A stretch of 64,000 nucleotides of DNA. Origin: Cytophagales bacterium. Its GTDB lineage: Bacteria > Bacteroidota > Bacteroidia > Cytophagales > JAAEPT01. This document shows, one piece after another, positions 10,962-22,414 of this stretch (positions are counted from its first letter, which is position 1; every line of letters starts with the position of its first letter). The notes under the pieces are model-generated. The model had not been told where the DNA came from, made no database searches, and saw nothing but the letters and a program-made list of their open reading frames with translations. The position numbers were made by a program, and so were the translations under genes. Location: assembly GCA_024232295.1 (NCBI GenBank), contig JAAEPT010000103.1, forward strand, positions 5,063-69,062, given 5' to 3'.

Positions 10962-11420
10962 TTACAAATAGGGTAAGGAACTTATGATAGTTGCGATAAT
11001 TCCAGAACTAATTACTCCTCCCCAAATACAAGCATTCTTATTATCAAACCCTAAATCATAGATTACAAATTCATAGATAGGAGCACCCTGCCCATCCAAT
11101 AAAAACCAAGGATCTATAATTAATGAAAAAGGACCTGTCACAAAGCCTGCACAAAAGTTTGCAGGAGAGTTATCTATATTTACTTCATTTTCTTCTATAG
11201 AAAATGAGCTATTACCAATAATTAGGTTATCATTAACATAATTTGAATAATAGTTTTCAATTGCTTTTTTGTCCATTGATTCTATTGCATTTTCCAAGAC
11301 AACTAATTGCTCAAACTCTTTTTCTAACTCATCATTATCAATAACGAATAAACTGAGGTTGTCGGCAAATGAAAAACTTGATAAAGTGATTAGTAGGATA
11401 ATTAATAATTTATTTTTCAT
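10962..11420 (-). CDS. Hypothetical exported/membrane protein
   Basis: Signal peptide MKNKLLIILLITLSSFSFA and hydrophobic C-terminus; no family recognised. Confidence 0.6.
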   Translation of the reverse strand: MKNKLLIILLITLSSFSFADNLSLFVIDNDELEKEFEQLVVLENAIESMDKKAIENYYSNYVNDNLIIGNSSFSIEENEVNIDNSPANFCAGFVTGPFSLIIDPWFLLDGQGAPIYEFVIYDLGFDNKNACIWGGVISSGIIATIISSLPYL

Positions 11421-11548
11421 AGACTTTGGAGGGTAAAAGTGATAGTCTATGAATTTATCGAATCATTAGATAAAAGTCAACTCACAAAAGAGGATTGAGG
11501 ATGAAACATTTAAGATTATTATTTCAAAATAAAATTCTGAAGTTTCCC

Positions 11549-13057
11549 CTAAACTATCTTCAAAATTTCCTCCAAATGTGTACGGTTATTTGCTAGACGA
11601 GGAACTTTGTGTTGTGCTCCTAATTTTCCTCTCTTCTTCATCCAATTATAAAATGTTCCTTGTGGAACATTATGAATTTTAGGAAAACGTAAAGCAATAT
11701 CTTGATAACGTTTTGCCTCATAATCAGAATTGATTTCTTTGAGCTTGTTATCCAAAATATGACAAAACTTATCAAAATCAGTTGGTTGTTTTTCAAACTC
11801 AATAATCCATTCATGTCCTCCATTCTGATTTCCTTCAAAGTAAAGAGGACCAGCAGTATAATTACTAATTTTTGCTTCAGTATATAAACAAGCTACTGAA
11901 ATGGCTTTTTCTGCATTATCCACAATCAACTCTTCACCAAAAGCATTGATAAAGTGCTTGGTACGTCCTGTAATTCTAAATCGGAAAGGGTACAATGTTG
12001 TAAATTGAATGGTATCTCCTATCAAATACCTCCAAAGCCCTGCATTGGTAGAAATTACCAAAGCATAATTTTTACCCAACTCTACTTGGTCTAATGTTAG
12101 TGCTGATGAATTTTCTTCACCAAAGTGCTCCATGGGAATGAATTCATAAAAAATTCCTAAATCAAGCATCAATAACATTTCTCCTGTATTGGGTCTGTCC
12201 TGAATGCCTATAAAACCTTCAGAAGCATTGTATAGCTCCAAATAATTCATTTCAGGTTTTGGAAGTAGCTCCTTAAAAAGTTCACGATAAGGTTCAAAGG
12301 AAACAGCTCCATGTCCATACAACTCCAAATTTGGCCAAACCTCCAAAATATTATCTGCTTTTGTTTTGTCCAATACTTTTTGAATCAAAACCAACATCCA
12401 TGTGGGTACACCAGCCAAACTGGTAATATTTTCCTTGATGGTTTCTTCTGCCATTTGCTCAATCTTACTTTCCCACTCTGACATCAAAGCAGTTTTGAGT
12501 CGAGGTGCACGAGCATATTTAGCCCAAGCAGGTAAGTTCTGAATAACTACTCCCGAAATATCACCATAAGATGAGCTAGGATTATCTGGATTGATTTGAT
12601 GAGTCCCTGCTATAGAAAGGCTTTTTCCTGTAAACAGGTTTACATTTTCATAATTGTGTGCATAAAGTGAAAGCATATCTTTTCCTGCCTTAAAATGACA
12701 ATCGACCAAGGCTTCTTGTGAGACAGGAATAAATTTGCTTTTTGCATTGGTTGTACCTGATGATTTGGCAAACCATTTAATTTTGGAACCCCAAAGAATA
12801 TTTTGTTCTCCTCTAAGTACTCTTTCTATATAAGGAAAAATATCCTCATAAGTAGAGATAGGAACACGTTCTTGAAAAGTTTGTATGCTTGTAATTGAAG
12901 CATAATCATATTTTTTACCCCATTCCGTATTTTTAGATTGTACCAAAAGTTTTTGCAGAAGCTCTTGTTGAACCTCCACAGGATATTTCAAAAATAATTC
13001 GATTTGATGAATTCGTTTTTTGAGTACCCAAAAAAGAACGGAGTTAAAAAGTTTCAT
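11549..13057 (-). CDS. GH3 auxin-responsive-family acyl-adenylate ligase
   Basis: FAKSSGTTNAKSKFIP, YNASEGF, AGLWRYLIGD, GAQHKVPRL. Confidence 0.9.
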   Translation of the reverse strand: MKLFNSVLFWVLKKRIHQIELFLKYPVEVQQELLQKLLVQSKNTEWGKKYDYASITSIQTFQERVPISTYEDIFPYIERVLRGEQNILWGSKIKWFAKSSGTTNAKSKFIPVSQEALVDCHFKAGKDMLSLYAHNYENVNLFTGKSLSIAGTHQINPDNPSSSYGDISGVVIQNLPAWAKYARAPRLKTALMSEWESKIEQMAEETIKENITSLAGVPTWMLVLIQKVLDKTKADNILEVWPNLELYGHGAVSFEPYRELFKELLPKPEMNYLELYNASEGFIGIQDRPNTGEMLLMLDLGIFYEFIPMEHFGEENSSALTLDQVELGKNYALVISTNAGLWRYLIGDTIQFTTLYPFRFRITGRTKHFINAFGEELIVDNAEKAISVACLYTEAKISNYTAGPLYFEGNQNGGHEWIIEFEKQPTDFDKFCHILDNKLKEINSDYEAKRYQDIALRFPKIHNVPQGTFYNWMKKRGKLGAQHKVPRLANNRTHLEEILKIV

Positions 13058-13065
13058 GATAAAAA

Positions 13066-13803
13066 TTACTCAAAAACTTTACGATTTAGCTTAAAGTGAT
13101 CACCTAAGTATACTTCTCTTACTAGTTTATCGCTTGCTAATTCCTCAGCAGAACCAGATTTTAAGATTGTTCCTTCAGATAAAATATAAGCTCTATCAGT
13201 AATTGATAATGTTTCATTTACATTGTGATCTGTAATCAAAATGCCAATGTTCTTCTTCTTCAGCTTCCAAACAATTGACTGAATTTCTGCTACTGCAATG
13301 GGGTCAACTCCTGCAAAAGGTTCATCAAGCAATACAAACTTAGGATTTACAGCCAAAGCCCTAGCAATTTCTGTTCTTCTACGTTCTCCACCAGAAAGCA
13401 CCATTCCTAAGTTTTTGCGAACATGAGTCAAAGAAAATTCTTCTAATAATTCCTCTACAATCTCTTTTTGCTTTTTCTTTGGATAATCAGTCATTTCAAG
13501 AACAGCTTTGATATTCTCTTCTACTGTTAGCTTTCTGAAAACAGAAGCTTCTTGAGCCAAGTATCCCAAACCTCTTTGTGCACGCTTATAAACTGGTAGT
13601 TTTGTTACATCCTCTTCCCCTAATAATACATTACCTGAATTAGGTTTTACTAAACCCACTATCATATAGAAGGCTGTCGTTTTTCCTGCACCATTAGGAC
13701 CTAGTAGTCCTACAATTTCTCCTTGTTCTACATGCACAGAAACATCATTAGAAACTGTACGAGAACCATATTTTTTGACGAGGTTTTTTGCTTGTAAAAT
13801 CAT
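13066..13803 (-). CDS. lptB: LPS export ABC transporter ATP-binding protein
   Basis: [52 protein letters not shown]; ATG 13803 (MILQAKNL) preferred as start. Confidence 0.95.
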   Translation of the reverse strand: MILQAKNLVKKYGSRTVSNDVSVHVEQGEIVGLLGPNGAGKTTAFYMIVGLVKPNSGNVLLGEEDVTKLPVYKRAQRGLGYLAQEASVFRKLTVEENIKAVLEMTDYPKKKQKEIVEELLEEFSLTHVRKNLGMVLSGGERRRTEIARALAVNPKFVLLDEPFAGVDPIAVAEIQSIVWKLKKKNIGILITDHNVNETLSITDRAYILSEGTILKSGSAEELASDKLVREVYLGDHFKLNRKVFE

Positions 13804-14046
13804 GAGAACGAATAAAACAATGATTGGACCACTAATTAAAGTAGTGAATTTAAGTTTTTTTTGAGGATTTAAAAATAAAAAAGAAAACACGAATATTGGC
13901 TGGGAACCTGTTTTAGTGTTTTCTAGATAGTTTATTAGCTAATCAGTTTGGGTAATTTCATAGCTAGTATAATTATATGCCACTTCTATTGAGTATAGAA
14001 GTTTATTATAGATTGAATATGTTATTATAAACGAAAAGCTTTCTGA

Positions 14047-15705
14047 TTAGGTTTTATAAAATTGAATATCTTTTATAAATAATTGCAATTGGCTTTTTCC
14101 TTTAAATGAATTTTCTTCCACAGTATAAGCCAAACTAAAAGAAACTCCATGACGAAAATAAGGAACAAAATGGCTCATATTAAAGCCAATAGCAGAAGCT
14201 TTGTTTTGTTGCTCATCATAAACTTCAAGTTTGATGTGTTTGTTTTTGAGAACTGATAACTTAGAAAAATAAAGATTATGAGAAACAAAAATAGGTTTTG
14301 AATTCTTTTGACCGAAAGGTTCTAATTTTTCAATTATTCGAAGTAGTTGACGGTTAATATTTTGTAAAGGCAATATCGCATCAATTGCTAATTCCTTCTC
14401 TTGAACTTCTTCTGATAAATGTTTTTTTGCTTTTGCATCAAACATTTCCTTAAATAATTCAAAATTATCATACTTTAGTTTTAGACCACCAGCCAAAGCG
14501 TGTCCTCCAAACTGAATCAATACTTCTTCACATTCCTTCATCAATTCATAAACATTCGTTCCTTCTACTGAACGGGCAGAACCTACTAACTCATCCTTTG
14601 ATTGTGTTAGGATAATTGTAGGTCTATGGTATTTTTCCATGCATTGAGAAGCAACAATTCCGACTAAACCTTTGTGCCAATGAGGAGCAAAAAGTACAGT
14701 AGTAGAAGCCATCTGTAGATTCACATCATTGTCAATCATATTCAAGGCTTCTTGAGTCATTTTTTGTTGAATTTCCTTTCGTTGTATGTTTAGTTTATCT
14801 AAATGTCTTGCTTTTCCTTTTGCTTGAATAAATGTATCACTTAGTAACAAATCAACAACAAGGCTTGCACTTTCCAAGCGACCACCTGCATTAATTCTTG
14901 GAGCAATTCCAAAACTAATTGTTTCACTATCAATCTTATCTCCCAAAGCACCAGCTACATCAAGCATTGCCCTTAGTCCCAAAGAAGGCTTTTCATTCAA
15001 CTGCTTTAAACCATAATGCACAAATATTCGGTTTTCATTCAACACAGGAACCATATCTGCACAAGTTGCGGCAGCCACTATATCCAAATACTCATACAAA
15101 AGATCTAGGCTATATTCTTGTTCAATGCACCATGCTTGTAACAACTTGAAAACAACTCCACATGCACATAATTCTTTGAAAGGATACTCACAACCTTTTT
15201 GCTTTGGGTTTAGAATGACTGTGGCAGGAGGCAATACTTCTGAGGGAAGATGATGATCACAAATCAAAACATCAATTCCTTCTTGTTCTGCTTTGGTTAG
15301 GTTTTCATGAGCACTAATTCCACAGTCAACTGTAATTATCAAATCAATCTTCTTTTCAATCGCATAATCAATACCTTGTTCAGAAACTCCATAGCCTTCC
15401 TTGTATCGATCAGGAATATAGTACTCAATACCATCTGTGTATTGCTTCATAAAAGCACAGAATAGAGAAACAGAACTTGTTCCATCTACATCATAATCTC
15501 CATAAACCAAAACCTTCTCTTTCTGATCAACCGCTTGTTTTAACCTTTCTATAGCTTCTTTCATTCCTTTCATAGAAAAGGGATTATGCAAATCAGATAA
15601 TGAAGGGTGCAAAAACTGTTGGATGATGGCTTCTTCCTCTACACGATGAGCAAGTAATTGTTCTAATAAGTCATTTTTTTCGGTTTTTAAAAATTTCCAC
15701 TGCAT
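14047..15705 (-). CDS. recJ: Single-stranded-DNA exonuclease RecJ
   Basis: YGDYDVDG, TVDCG, DHH, APRINAGGRL, GSARS, FGGH motifs. Confidence 0.95.
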   Translation of the reverse strand: MQWKFLKTEKNDLLEQLLAHRVEEEAIIQQFLHPSLSDLHNPFSMKGMKEAIERLKQAVDQKEKVLVYGDYDVDGTSSVSLFCAFMKQYTDGIEYYIPDRYKEGYGVSEQGIDYAIEKKIDLIITVDCGISAHENLTKAEQEGIDVLICDHHLPSEVLPPATVILNPKQKGCEYPFKELCACGVVFKLLQAWCIEQEYSLDLLYEYLDIVAAATCADMVPVLNENRIFVHYGLKQLNEKPSLGLRAMLDVAGALGDKIDSETISFGIAPRINAGGRLESASLVVDLLLSDTFIQAKGKARHLDKLNIQRKEIQQKMTQEALNMIDNDVNLQMASTTVLFAPHWHKGLVGIVASQCMEKYHRPTIILTQSKDELVGSARSVEGTNVYELMKECEEVLIQFGGHALAGGLKLKYDNFELFKEMFDAKAKKHLSEEVQEKELAIDAILPLQNINRQLLRIIEKLEPFGQKNSKPIFVSHNLYFSKLSVLKNKHIKLEVYDEQQNKASAIGFNMSHFVPYFRHGVSFSLAYTVEENSFKGKSQLQLFIKDIQFYKT

Positions 15706-15813
15706 TGTATTGATAGGCTTTTGAGTATCTAAAAATAGTTGATTTGAAACAAAAAAAGACTACCTCTAATGAAAGTAGCCTTTTTATATATGAAGCTATA
15801 TGTATTTGCGTGG

Positions 15814-16434
15814 TTATTTCTTTTTCAATTTTTCTGAGAAAGCCTTTTGGAATTTTGTCAACTTTGGTTGAATTACAAAGCTACAATAAGGTTGTTTCCC
15901 CTTATTATTTGCAAAATAATCTTGGTGTCCTGCTTCTGCCTCATAGAAAATTTTCAATGGACTTACCTCAGTGACAATTAGCTTACGGTAAGTACCAGAA
16001 TTATCTAATTGGTCAATGTATTCTTCTGTTTGCTTCTTTTGCTCTTCTGAATGATAAAGAACAATTGATCGGTATTGAGTTCCTGTATCCGCTCCTTGGC
16101 GGTTGAGAGAAGTGGGGTCATGTGTTTTGAAGAATACTTCTAATAATTCCTTAAAAGTGATTACACTAGGGTCAAAAGTAATTTGTACAACCTCTGCATG
16201 TCCAGTATAGCCTTTGCACACCTCTACATACCTAGGGTTTTCTGTATGCCCACCAGCATATCCAGATATCACCGTTGAAACTCCTTCTAATTCTTGAAAT
16301 ATGGCTTCTACACACCAAAAACACCCTCCTCCAAATGTTGCTTTTTCCATCTTTTTAGTTTGATTTTGCGCTTGAACAAAGAGACTAAAAAGTAAACAGA
16401 TAATTACCAAATATGTTTTTCTTACGTTTGCCAT
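15814..16434 (-). CDS. msrA: Peptide-methionine (S)-S-oxide reductase with N-terminal signal peptide
   Basis: GGGCFWCVE, HDPTSLNRQGADTGTQYRS, HQDY. Confidence 0.95.
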   Translation of the reverse strand: MANVRKTYLVIICLLFSLFVQAQNQTKKMEKATFGGGCFWCVEAIFQELEGVSTVISGYAGGHTENPRYVEVCKGYTGHAEVVQITFDPSVITFKELLEVFFKTHDPTSLNRQGADTGTQYRSIVLYHSEEQKKQTEEYIDQLDNSGTYRKLIVTEVSPLKIFYEAEAGHQDYFANNKGKQPYCSFVIQPKLTKFQKAFSEKLKKK

Positions 16435-16510
16435 ATGCCGTATTTTTATTTTAAAACTTCCATTTTTATTATAAAATATCAGTCAGCTAAACGACACTTA
16501 TATTAAATAA

Positions 16511-18334
16511 TCAATTAGAAAAGTGGTATTCTAGCCAATAGGACAACAATAATAAACTCCACAACTCCAAAGTAAAATCTTGACGATAATTTAGGTGTGA
16601 AGTAATTATTTTTTGCACTTCACTATAATTCAAGTATTTGTATACTACAGCATGTTGATTATTTAAGATTGATAACCATCTTTTGTCTCTTCGTATCCAT
16701 TGTCCAAAAGGAATTCCGAATCCTTCTTTTTTTCGTTGAGTATAAACTGATCCTCCTCTCTCTTGAAGCAGCTTTTTCAAAATCCATTTGCTTGGTTTTT
16801 GAACTAATTGCTTGGCGGAAACTGTATGCAAAAGATGAATCAAATTAGTGTCTAAGTAAGGCATTCTCATTTCAATTCCTGCCATCATACTTGCTTGGTC
16901 TGATAAACTAAGAACATCTTCTACCAAATAATGTTTTTGATCATACTCCAAAGCTTCTTGCAAATCAAAATATTCATCTGTATACTTTGTAAAAGAGGCA
17001 AAGGGAATATTCAAACTTGTGAAGTTTAAGAAAGTTTGTTTGGGAGAAATATGTATCCTATTTGTCATTTTCTTCATCAACTGAAATTGCTTGCGAAGAG
17101 GATGAGAAAAACCTGTTGGTAACAAGTGACTAAATTTCTGAAAAGAGTGAATTAAATGAGGTTTTCCATGAAAATAATTGAGGTAAGCATTAAAGGCATG
17201 ATGGCGATTATATCCACCAAAATATTCATCTGCTCCTGCTCCAGACCAAACAACTTTCACTTCTTCTTTTGCTTTTTGACTCAGTAAATAAGTTAAAAAA
17301 AAAGCTCCATCTCCTATCGGTTGATTAATCTTACTCACAAAATCCAAATAAAGACCATAACTATCTTCTGCTAAATGTAGTTCTGTATGTTTCGCTCCAT
17401 ATTGCTCTACTGCCAACCTTGTATAATGAGTATCCTCTGTACCAAAAGAAGTATCTTTCTCATCATGAATAATTGAAAATGTCTGCATTTGTGGGTAACC
17501 TATTTCTTGAAGTAAAGCCAACAACAAAGTAGAATCTACCCCTCCACTCAAAAACAAACCAATAGGAACATCAGCCTGCAAGTGTTTCTCTACACTTTTT
17601 TGAAGTTTATCTTCTACCAACTTCAATAATTCATCATCAGTATATTGCTTGTGTTGTGGTTTTTGTGAATAGTTTTCAATACTTTTTATTTGTCCTTGGA
17701 AACATTCCATCACTTTTCCACTCTCCAAAGACTTGATTCCCTTAAAAAATATTTCTGTGGGAAAGCGATAATGTAAATAAGGTGTAATTTGTTCAACATC
17801 TAATTCTTTAGAAACCAAGCCACTTGCAAAAATTCCTTGAATCTCAGAAGAGGCAATTAAATAATTATCATTTTCGAAATAATGCAAAGGTTTCATTCCT
17901 GCTTGATCCCTTACCAACCATATTTGTTCTTGATAAGTATCCACAAAAGCAAAAGCAAACATTCCCTCTAGGTGTTGAATTGTATTAATTCCTTTGTGGA
18001 TCAACCACTGAAATAATACTTCTCCATCTCCTTCACTCTCAAAAGAAACACCCTCCTTTTGTAATTTTGCTTTCAGTTGTAAATAATTATAGATTTCTCC
18101 ATTAAAAATAAGTGCATAGCGTTCATCTTGTGAAACAAAAGGTTGATGAGAAGAAGCATTGCAGTCAATAATCTCTAAACGAGTATGTCCCAACCAAATC
18201 TGTTGATTACTCTTTAACTCAATTGCTTGTTGAAAATCTCTTCCTCTGTGGATAATTGCCTTATTCATTGCTAGAATAGATTGTACTTCTACTCTATTTT
18301 TTGTCTTGTTAATGATAAGGTTTATGCCACACAC
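16511..18334 (-). CDS. asnB: Asparagine synthase (glutamine-hydrolysing) family amidotransferase
   Basis: N-terminal MCGI, FNGEIYNY, FLSGGVDS, SGAGADEYFGGY. Confidence 0.88.
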   Translation of the reverse strand: MCGINLIINKTKNRVEVQSILAMNKAIIHRGRDFQQAIELKSNQQIWLGHTRLEIIDCNASSHQPFVSQDERYALIFNGEIYNYLQLKAKLQKEGVSFESEGDGEVLFQWLIHKGINTIQHLEGMFAFAFVDTYQEQIWLVRDQAGMKPLHYFENDNYLIASSEIQGIFASGLVSKELDVEQITPYLHYRFPTEIFFKGIKSLESGKVMECFQGQIKSIENYSQKPQHKQYTDDELLKLVEDKLQKSVEKHLQADVPIGLFLSGGVDSTLLLALLQEIGYPQMQTFSIIHDEKDTSFGTEDTHYTRLAVEQYGAKHTELHLAEDSYGLYLDFVSKINQPIGDGAFFLTYLLSQKAKEEVKVVWSGAGADEYFGGYNRHHAFNAYLNYFHGKPHLIHSFQKFSHLLPTGFSHPLRKQFQLMKKMTNRIHISPKQTFLNFTSLNIPFASFTKYTDEYFDLQEALEYDQKHYLVEDVLSLSDQASMMAGIEMRMPYLDTNLIHLLHTVSAKQLVQKPSKWILKKLLQERGGSVYTQRKKEGFGIPFGQWIRRDKRWLSILNNQHAVVYKYLNYSEVQKIITSHLNYRQDFTLELWSLLLLSYWLEYHFSN

Positions 18335-18403
18335 TTTTTGGATAATTTTTTTGTGAATATAAGCTTTTTTTACGTTCTATGAGCTTTGAAATCATAAGAT
18401 ATC

Positions 18404-19510
18404 ATGACAAACACACATCACCCAATAAAACTACCCGTCAAGTTTGTGCCCAAAGACAAAAAGGATTTCTTTATTGTACTTACCCAAAGAATCAATGCTT
18501 ATTTTAAAGAAAAGGAAATAAGTAAATTTGCCAATGGAACAATGGTTTTCAAAACTATCTTCTTTATGGTAGGAGTTTTTACTTTGTATGGATTGATTAT
18601 AAGTCAATTATTTAACCCTTTGGTTATGTTGGCTTTGGCGATTTTATTAGGTTCATTCAAGGCATTTTTGGCTTTTAATGTAGGACATGATGCCATTCAT
18701 GGTTCTTATTCAGAAAGTAAACTAACAAACCAAATCCTTTCAAAAACATTCGATTTTTTAGGAGCAAATTCTTATATGTGGAGTATTACACACAACAAAG
18801 TACACCATACTTACACCAATATTCCTGGGCATGATGAAGACATAGACCTTGCTCCCGGAATTATTCGCTTATGCCCTGACGAACCTTGGAAACCTATGAT
18901 GAAATATCAGAAATACTATGCTTTCTTACTTTATGGTTTAGCTGGTCTATTTCGTATTTTCAAACAAGATTATTACAAGTTTTTCAAAAAGGAAATTGGT
19001 TCTTTTGACAATACAAATCACCCAAAAATTGAATACTTCAATCTGTTCTTTTACAAATTGGTTTATTATAGCATTTTCATTTTTGCACCCCTTTATTTTA
19101 TTGATTTACCAATCATTACAACTTTATTAGGTTTTATAATCATGATGCTGACAGAAGGGTTTGTATTAGGTTTGGTTTTTCAATTGGCTCATGTGGTAGA
19201 AGATGTAGACTTTCCAGAACCTACTTCAGAGAATCATATTGAGGAGGTTTGGGCAATTCATCAATTACAAACAACTGCTAATTTTGCTCGAAAAAATTGG
19301 TTGGCTACTTTTCTTTGTGGTGGATTAAATTACCAAGTAGAACATCATTTATTTCCTAATATCTGTCATATTCATTACCCTGCAATGTCCCATATTGTGA
19401 AGAGTACAGCAGAAGAATATGATATTATTTATAATGAAAATGAAACATTTTTCTCTGCTCTTCAATCACATTTCAATATGTTGACTAAGTTTGGAAAACA
19501 ACCCAATTAA
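18404..19510 (+). CDS. Membrane fatty-acid desaturase
   Basis: His boxes HDAIH, HNKVHHTYTN, QVEHHLFP. Confidence 0.92.
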   Translation: MTNTHHPIKLPVKFVPKDKKDFFIVLTQRINAYFKEKEISKFANGTMVFKTIFFMVGVFTLYGLIISQLFNPLVMLALAILLGSFKAFLAFNVGHDAIHGSYSESKLTNQILSKTFDFLGANSYMWSITHNKVHHTYTNIPGHDEDIDLAPGIIRLCPDEPWKPMMKYQKYYAFLLYGLAGLFRIFKQDYYKFFKKEIGSFDNTNHPKIEYFNLFFYKLVYYSIFIFAPLYFIDLPIITTLLGFIIMMLTEGFVLGLVFQLAHVVEDVDFPEPTSENHIEEVWAIHQLQTTANFARKNWLATFLCGGLNYQVEHHLFPNICHIHYPAMSHIVKSTAEEYDIIYNENETFFSALQSHFNMLTKFGKQPN

Positions 19511-19544
19511 AAAGGTGTATTAAGTTTAATACACCTTTTTTTGT

Positions 19545-20162
19545 TTATTCTTCATAAGAAGGGTCATAAAAATCGTAAAACTCACTAAATACATTTTTCT
19601 TATTGGTAAATGTAATCTCAACTCCATCAAGATTACAGACATAAAAAGTGTTAGTTTTATACCTTTTTACAAGTGGGTGATTATCATTTAATGTAATTGT
19701 ATAGAAATCAATTAATGCCTTATCATAATACTTAACAAGTTTTTTCACTTTTATATAATTAGAAACATCAAGGTCAAAATCTTCAGATGTCATGATAGAC
19801 AAATATTTCTTAGGGAAAACGAGAGGCGAGGGATACTTAATTTTGGTTTTGAGAGTTTTCCCTTTATCCCAATCATAATCCTTCACATAAGTGAATATAC
19901 GTTTTTCTGTTGCTAACCACTCCTGTTTTTCATTATATACAACAGAATAAGTTGTATCATTTAAAGTAAAAACTGCAAACTGTATTTTGGTCTTTGAACA
20001 CTTTTTCCACACAATATCTTCAGCCTTTGGAAATCTACTCAATACATCTGTTTTTTTGTCTTGATTAAATTTTTCTCCTGAACAGGAACTACACCCTGAT
20101 TGAGCAAAAACATAAAAAGAGAAACAGAATAAGGTAGCGATAAATAATAATTGCTTTTTCAT
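19545..20162 (-). CDS. Hypothetical exported protein (possible PepSY/BLIP-like periplasmic fold)
   Basis: Signal peptide; RFPKAEDIVW...YNEKQEWLATE resembles Bacteroidota PepSY-like repeats (weak). Confidence 0.5.
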   Translation of the reverse strand: MKKQLLFIATLFCFSFYVFAQSGCSSCSGEKFNQDKKTDVLSRFPKAEDIVWKKCSKTKIQFAVFTLNDTTYSVVYNEKQEWLATEKRIFTYVKDYDWDKGKTLKTKIKYPSPLVFPKKYLSIMTSEDFDLDVSNYIKVKKLVKYYDKALIDFYTITLNDNHPLVKRYKTNTFYVCNLDGVEITFTNKKNVFSEFYDFYDPSYEE

Positions 20163-20185
20163 AATTTGAATATTTACTATAATAG

Positions 20186-21382
20186 TTATTTTACATAGTC
20201 AGTTAAATACTGATACTTTTCTGTTAATCTACCATTTTTTGTAATCATTGCTCGATCAACAATTGGTTGTTCTTTCTCTAACAACTCAGCAAAAACATTC
20301 TCTAATAATTGACTACCAAAACTTGTAGAAGCATCTCTTGGCAATTCACAAGGTAAATTATCAACAGACATTACAGTAATGTTTTGTTCCTCAGAGAAAG
20401 GTAAAGCTTCTATTTCCAACATTGGATTATAATCAAAATGAGGTTCATCAATTGTTGTTGCTTTGAGTGTAGAAGGAATTGAACCTTCGATATCACAAGT
20501 AATATCAGCAATCACCTTAATCTTAAAACTCATTTGTTTCATATCTTCTTTGGTGAAAAGAACAGGTGCCTTAGGGTCCCAAAAAGCTCCAGCAATCAAC
20601 AAATCAGCTTCTTTGGCATAAGGTAAAAATGATGATTCATATTCTATGGGATTCTCAAAGAAGTGACTCACAGGTAATTCTTTTCCTTCCTTATGAGTAT
20701 TATAGTCCAAAGCATCTAATTGTGTATAAACAGGCTCATCAAATGAGTTTTCCAAAAATTCTTGAGGATTCACTTTTCTTATTTTCATTCCCTTCAACAC
20801 CTCTACAGCTCCTTGTCCTACTCTTCCTGCTCCTGTCAATACAATTTTGATATTTGGTAATTTCACCTTAGCAAATTCACACCACATTTCTTCCATATCA
20901 AAGCATTTATTGGCCGGTTTTAGGTCAAATAAATTGAATCGTTTTCCATAGGTCAAAATTCCGTTATAAGCTCCTACAATCCCTGCATAACGTCCAAAAG
21001 CAACAATTCTTTGTCCTTGTTCATTTGTCAAACACTCATAATCTACCAAATTGATGTTTTTGGCTAAAATAGTTTGTAATAACTCTTTGTTATAAGGCTG
21101 TTTTTTTATTGTATGTGAAAAGAAAAAATAAGTTTTGCCTTCCAATAAGCTTGGAATAGGCACTTCTTTGACACCAAATAATACCTTACAATGAGATAAA
21201 TCTTTTTGTACTTTCACTCCCACTGTTTCATACTCTTTTTGAGCATAACAACGAACAGTACTTGGCTCTATGAATAAATTAACTGATGGGTATTTTGCTA
21301 AAATCTCTTGACAATGGCTTGGTGTAAGTGCTACTCTATGGTCTACAGGTACTTTGCCCTCATGAATAATTCCTATGTTCAT
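20186..21382 (-). CDS. AlaDh/PNT-family NAD(P) oxidoreductase (lysine-ketoglutarate reductase/saccharopine dehydrogenase-like)
   Basis: GVKEVP, FFSHTIKKQPYN, DYECL, TGAGRVGQGA, DITCD, VDNLPCELP. Confidence 0.8.
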   Translation of the reverse strand: MNIGIIHEGKVPVDHRVALTPSHCQEILAKYPSVNLFIEPSTVRCYAQKEYETVGVKVQKDLSHCKVLFGVKEVPIPSLLEGKTYFFFSHTIKKQPYNKELLQTILAKNINLVDYECLTNEQGQRIVAFGRYAGIVGAYNGILTYGKRFNLFDLKPANKCFDMEEMWCEFAKVKLPNIKIVLTGAGRVGQGAVEVLKGMKIRKVNPQEFLENSFDEPVYTQLDALDYNTHKEGKELPVSHFFENPIEYESSFLPYAKEADLLIAGAFWDPKAPVLFTKEDMKQMSFKIKVIADITCDIEGSIPSTLKATTIDEPHFDYNPMLEIEALPFSEEQNITVMSVDNLPCELPRDASTSFGSQLLENVFAELLEKEQPIVDRAMITKNGRLTEKYQYLTDYVK

Positions 21383-21442
21383 ATTTTATTGCATTTAAAA
21401 AGTGATATAAACAAGATACAAAACCATAGGAATTTCTCCTAT

Positions 21443-22072
21443 CTATTTTCGTTGAAGCTTCTCTTTTAGTGAAGTATGATTTTCAATATAATAATAAATG
21501 ACTGTAGATAAGATTACTCCAATCATACCACCTACATAAGTGTCTTCATAGAAATGCTGGAATAAATAAACTCTTGAAAGCCCAACCAAAATAGCCATAA
21601 TGGCACACAATACTTTCAACCAATCTTGTTTGGAAAGTAGGGCTAAAATTACAAAAAAGGCAAAACCAGTATTTGTATGACCAGAAGGGAAACTATAACG
21701 AGCATGTAACTTTACTCCTTCTACCAAATGATATGATTCCTTTCCTAATACTGCTGAAGGTCTCATCACATCACTAAAAACCAATCGTTTGAGCAATTGC
21801 ACAAAAAATCCATTCAACACAATATTAATTAACAAAAGAATTGCTTTATAACGATATTTATATAAAATAACAAAGAACAGAGGTAATAAAAACACTTCTT
21901 CTCCCACTTTTGTAAAATACTTAAAGAAGAAATCTAATGTAGGTGTATGGTATTGATTAATCCAAATAACAATATCTCCTCGATTAATTAAAAAAAGTAC
22001 AATTGCTCCACACAAAAAATAAAGTGCATAAAACAAGTACAATGATTTATTCTTCAATAAAAGCGTTTTCAT
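21443..22072 (-). CDS. PAP2-family phosphatase
   Basis: K......RP, SFPSGH, SRVYLFQHFYED motifs. Confidence 0.9.
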   Translation of the reverse strand: MKTLLLKNKSLYLFYALYFLCGAIVLFLINRGDIVIWINQYHTPTLDFFFKYFTKVGEEVFLLPLFFVILYKYRYKAILLLINIVLNGFFVQLLKRLVFSDVMRPSAVLGKESYHLVEGVKLHARYSFPSGHTNTGFAFFVILALLSKQDWLKVLCAIMAILVGLSRVYLFQHFYEDTYVGGMIGVILSTVIYYYIENHTSLKEKLQRK

Positions 22073-22081
22073 TCCTTTTGG

Positions 22082-22345
22082 CTAATCTTTTACTTCTTCA
22101 TAATCTACATATTCTCCATCATCAAAACGAATATTATTTCCTGTTTTGCTACCTGAAGTATGTTCAACATGAATTTCTCCTTCCTTTCTTTGAGCTTGTT
22201 GATATTGACGATATTGTTGTTCTTGCTGTTGTCTAAAACTATCTGTTCTCTTTTTGATATATGACTTTAAGAAATAACCACTTACTTTTCTGATGATCCA
22301 AGTGGCACAGATAAATATGATAATAAACTTTAATATTGCTCCCAT
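22082..22345 (-). CDS. DUF4834-like small membrane protein
   Basis: N-terminal TM helix, Q-rich linker, C-terminal GEYVDYEEVK. Confidence 0.75.
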   Translation of the reverse strand: MGAILKFIIIFICATWIIRKVSGYFLKSYIKKRTDSFRQQQEQQYRQYQQAQRKEGEIHVEHTSGSKTGNNIRFDDGEYVDYEEVKD

Positions 22346-22414
22346 TTTAGTAAATGCTTATAAACAGAAAAACCTCCCCAAACATGGAGAGGTTTTCTTA
22401 ATTATTTTGAAAAC

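Noticed and set aside
11654-11669. parS-like palindrome TGTTCCTTGTGGAACA inside the GH3 gene
   Set aside because: Two central mismatches and explicable by coding (NVPQGTF); cannot be supported without ParB binding data.
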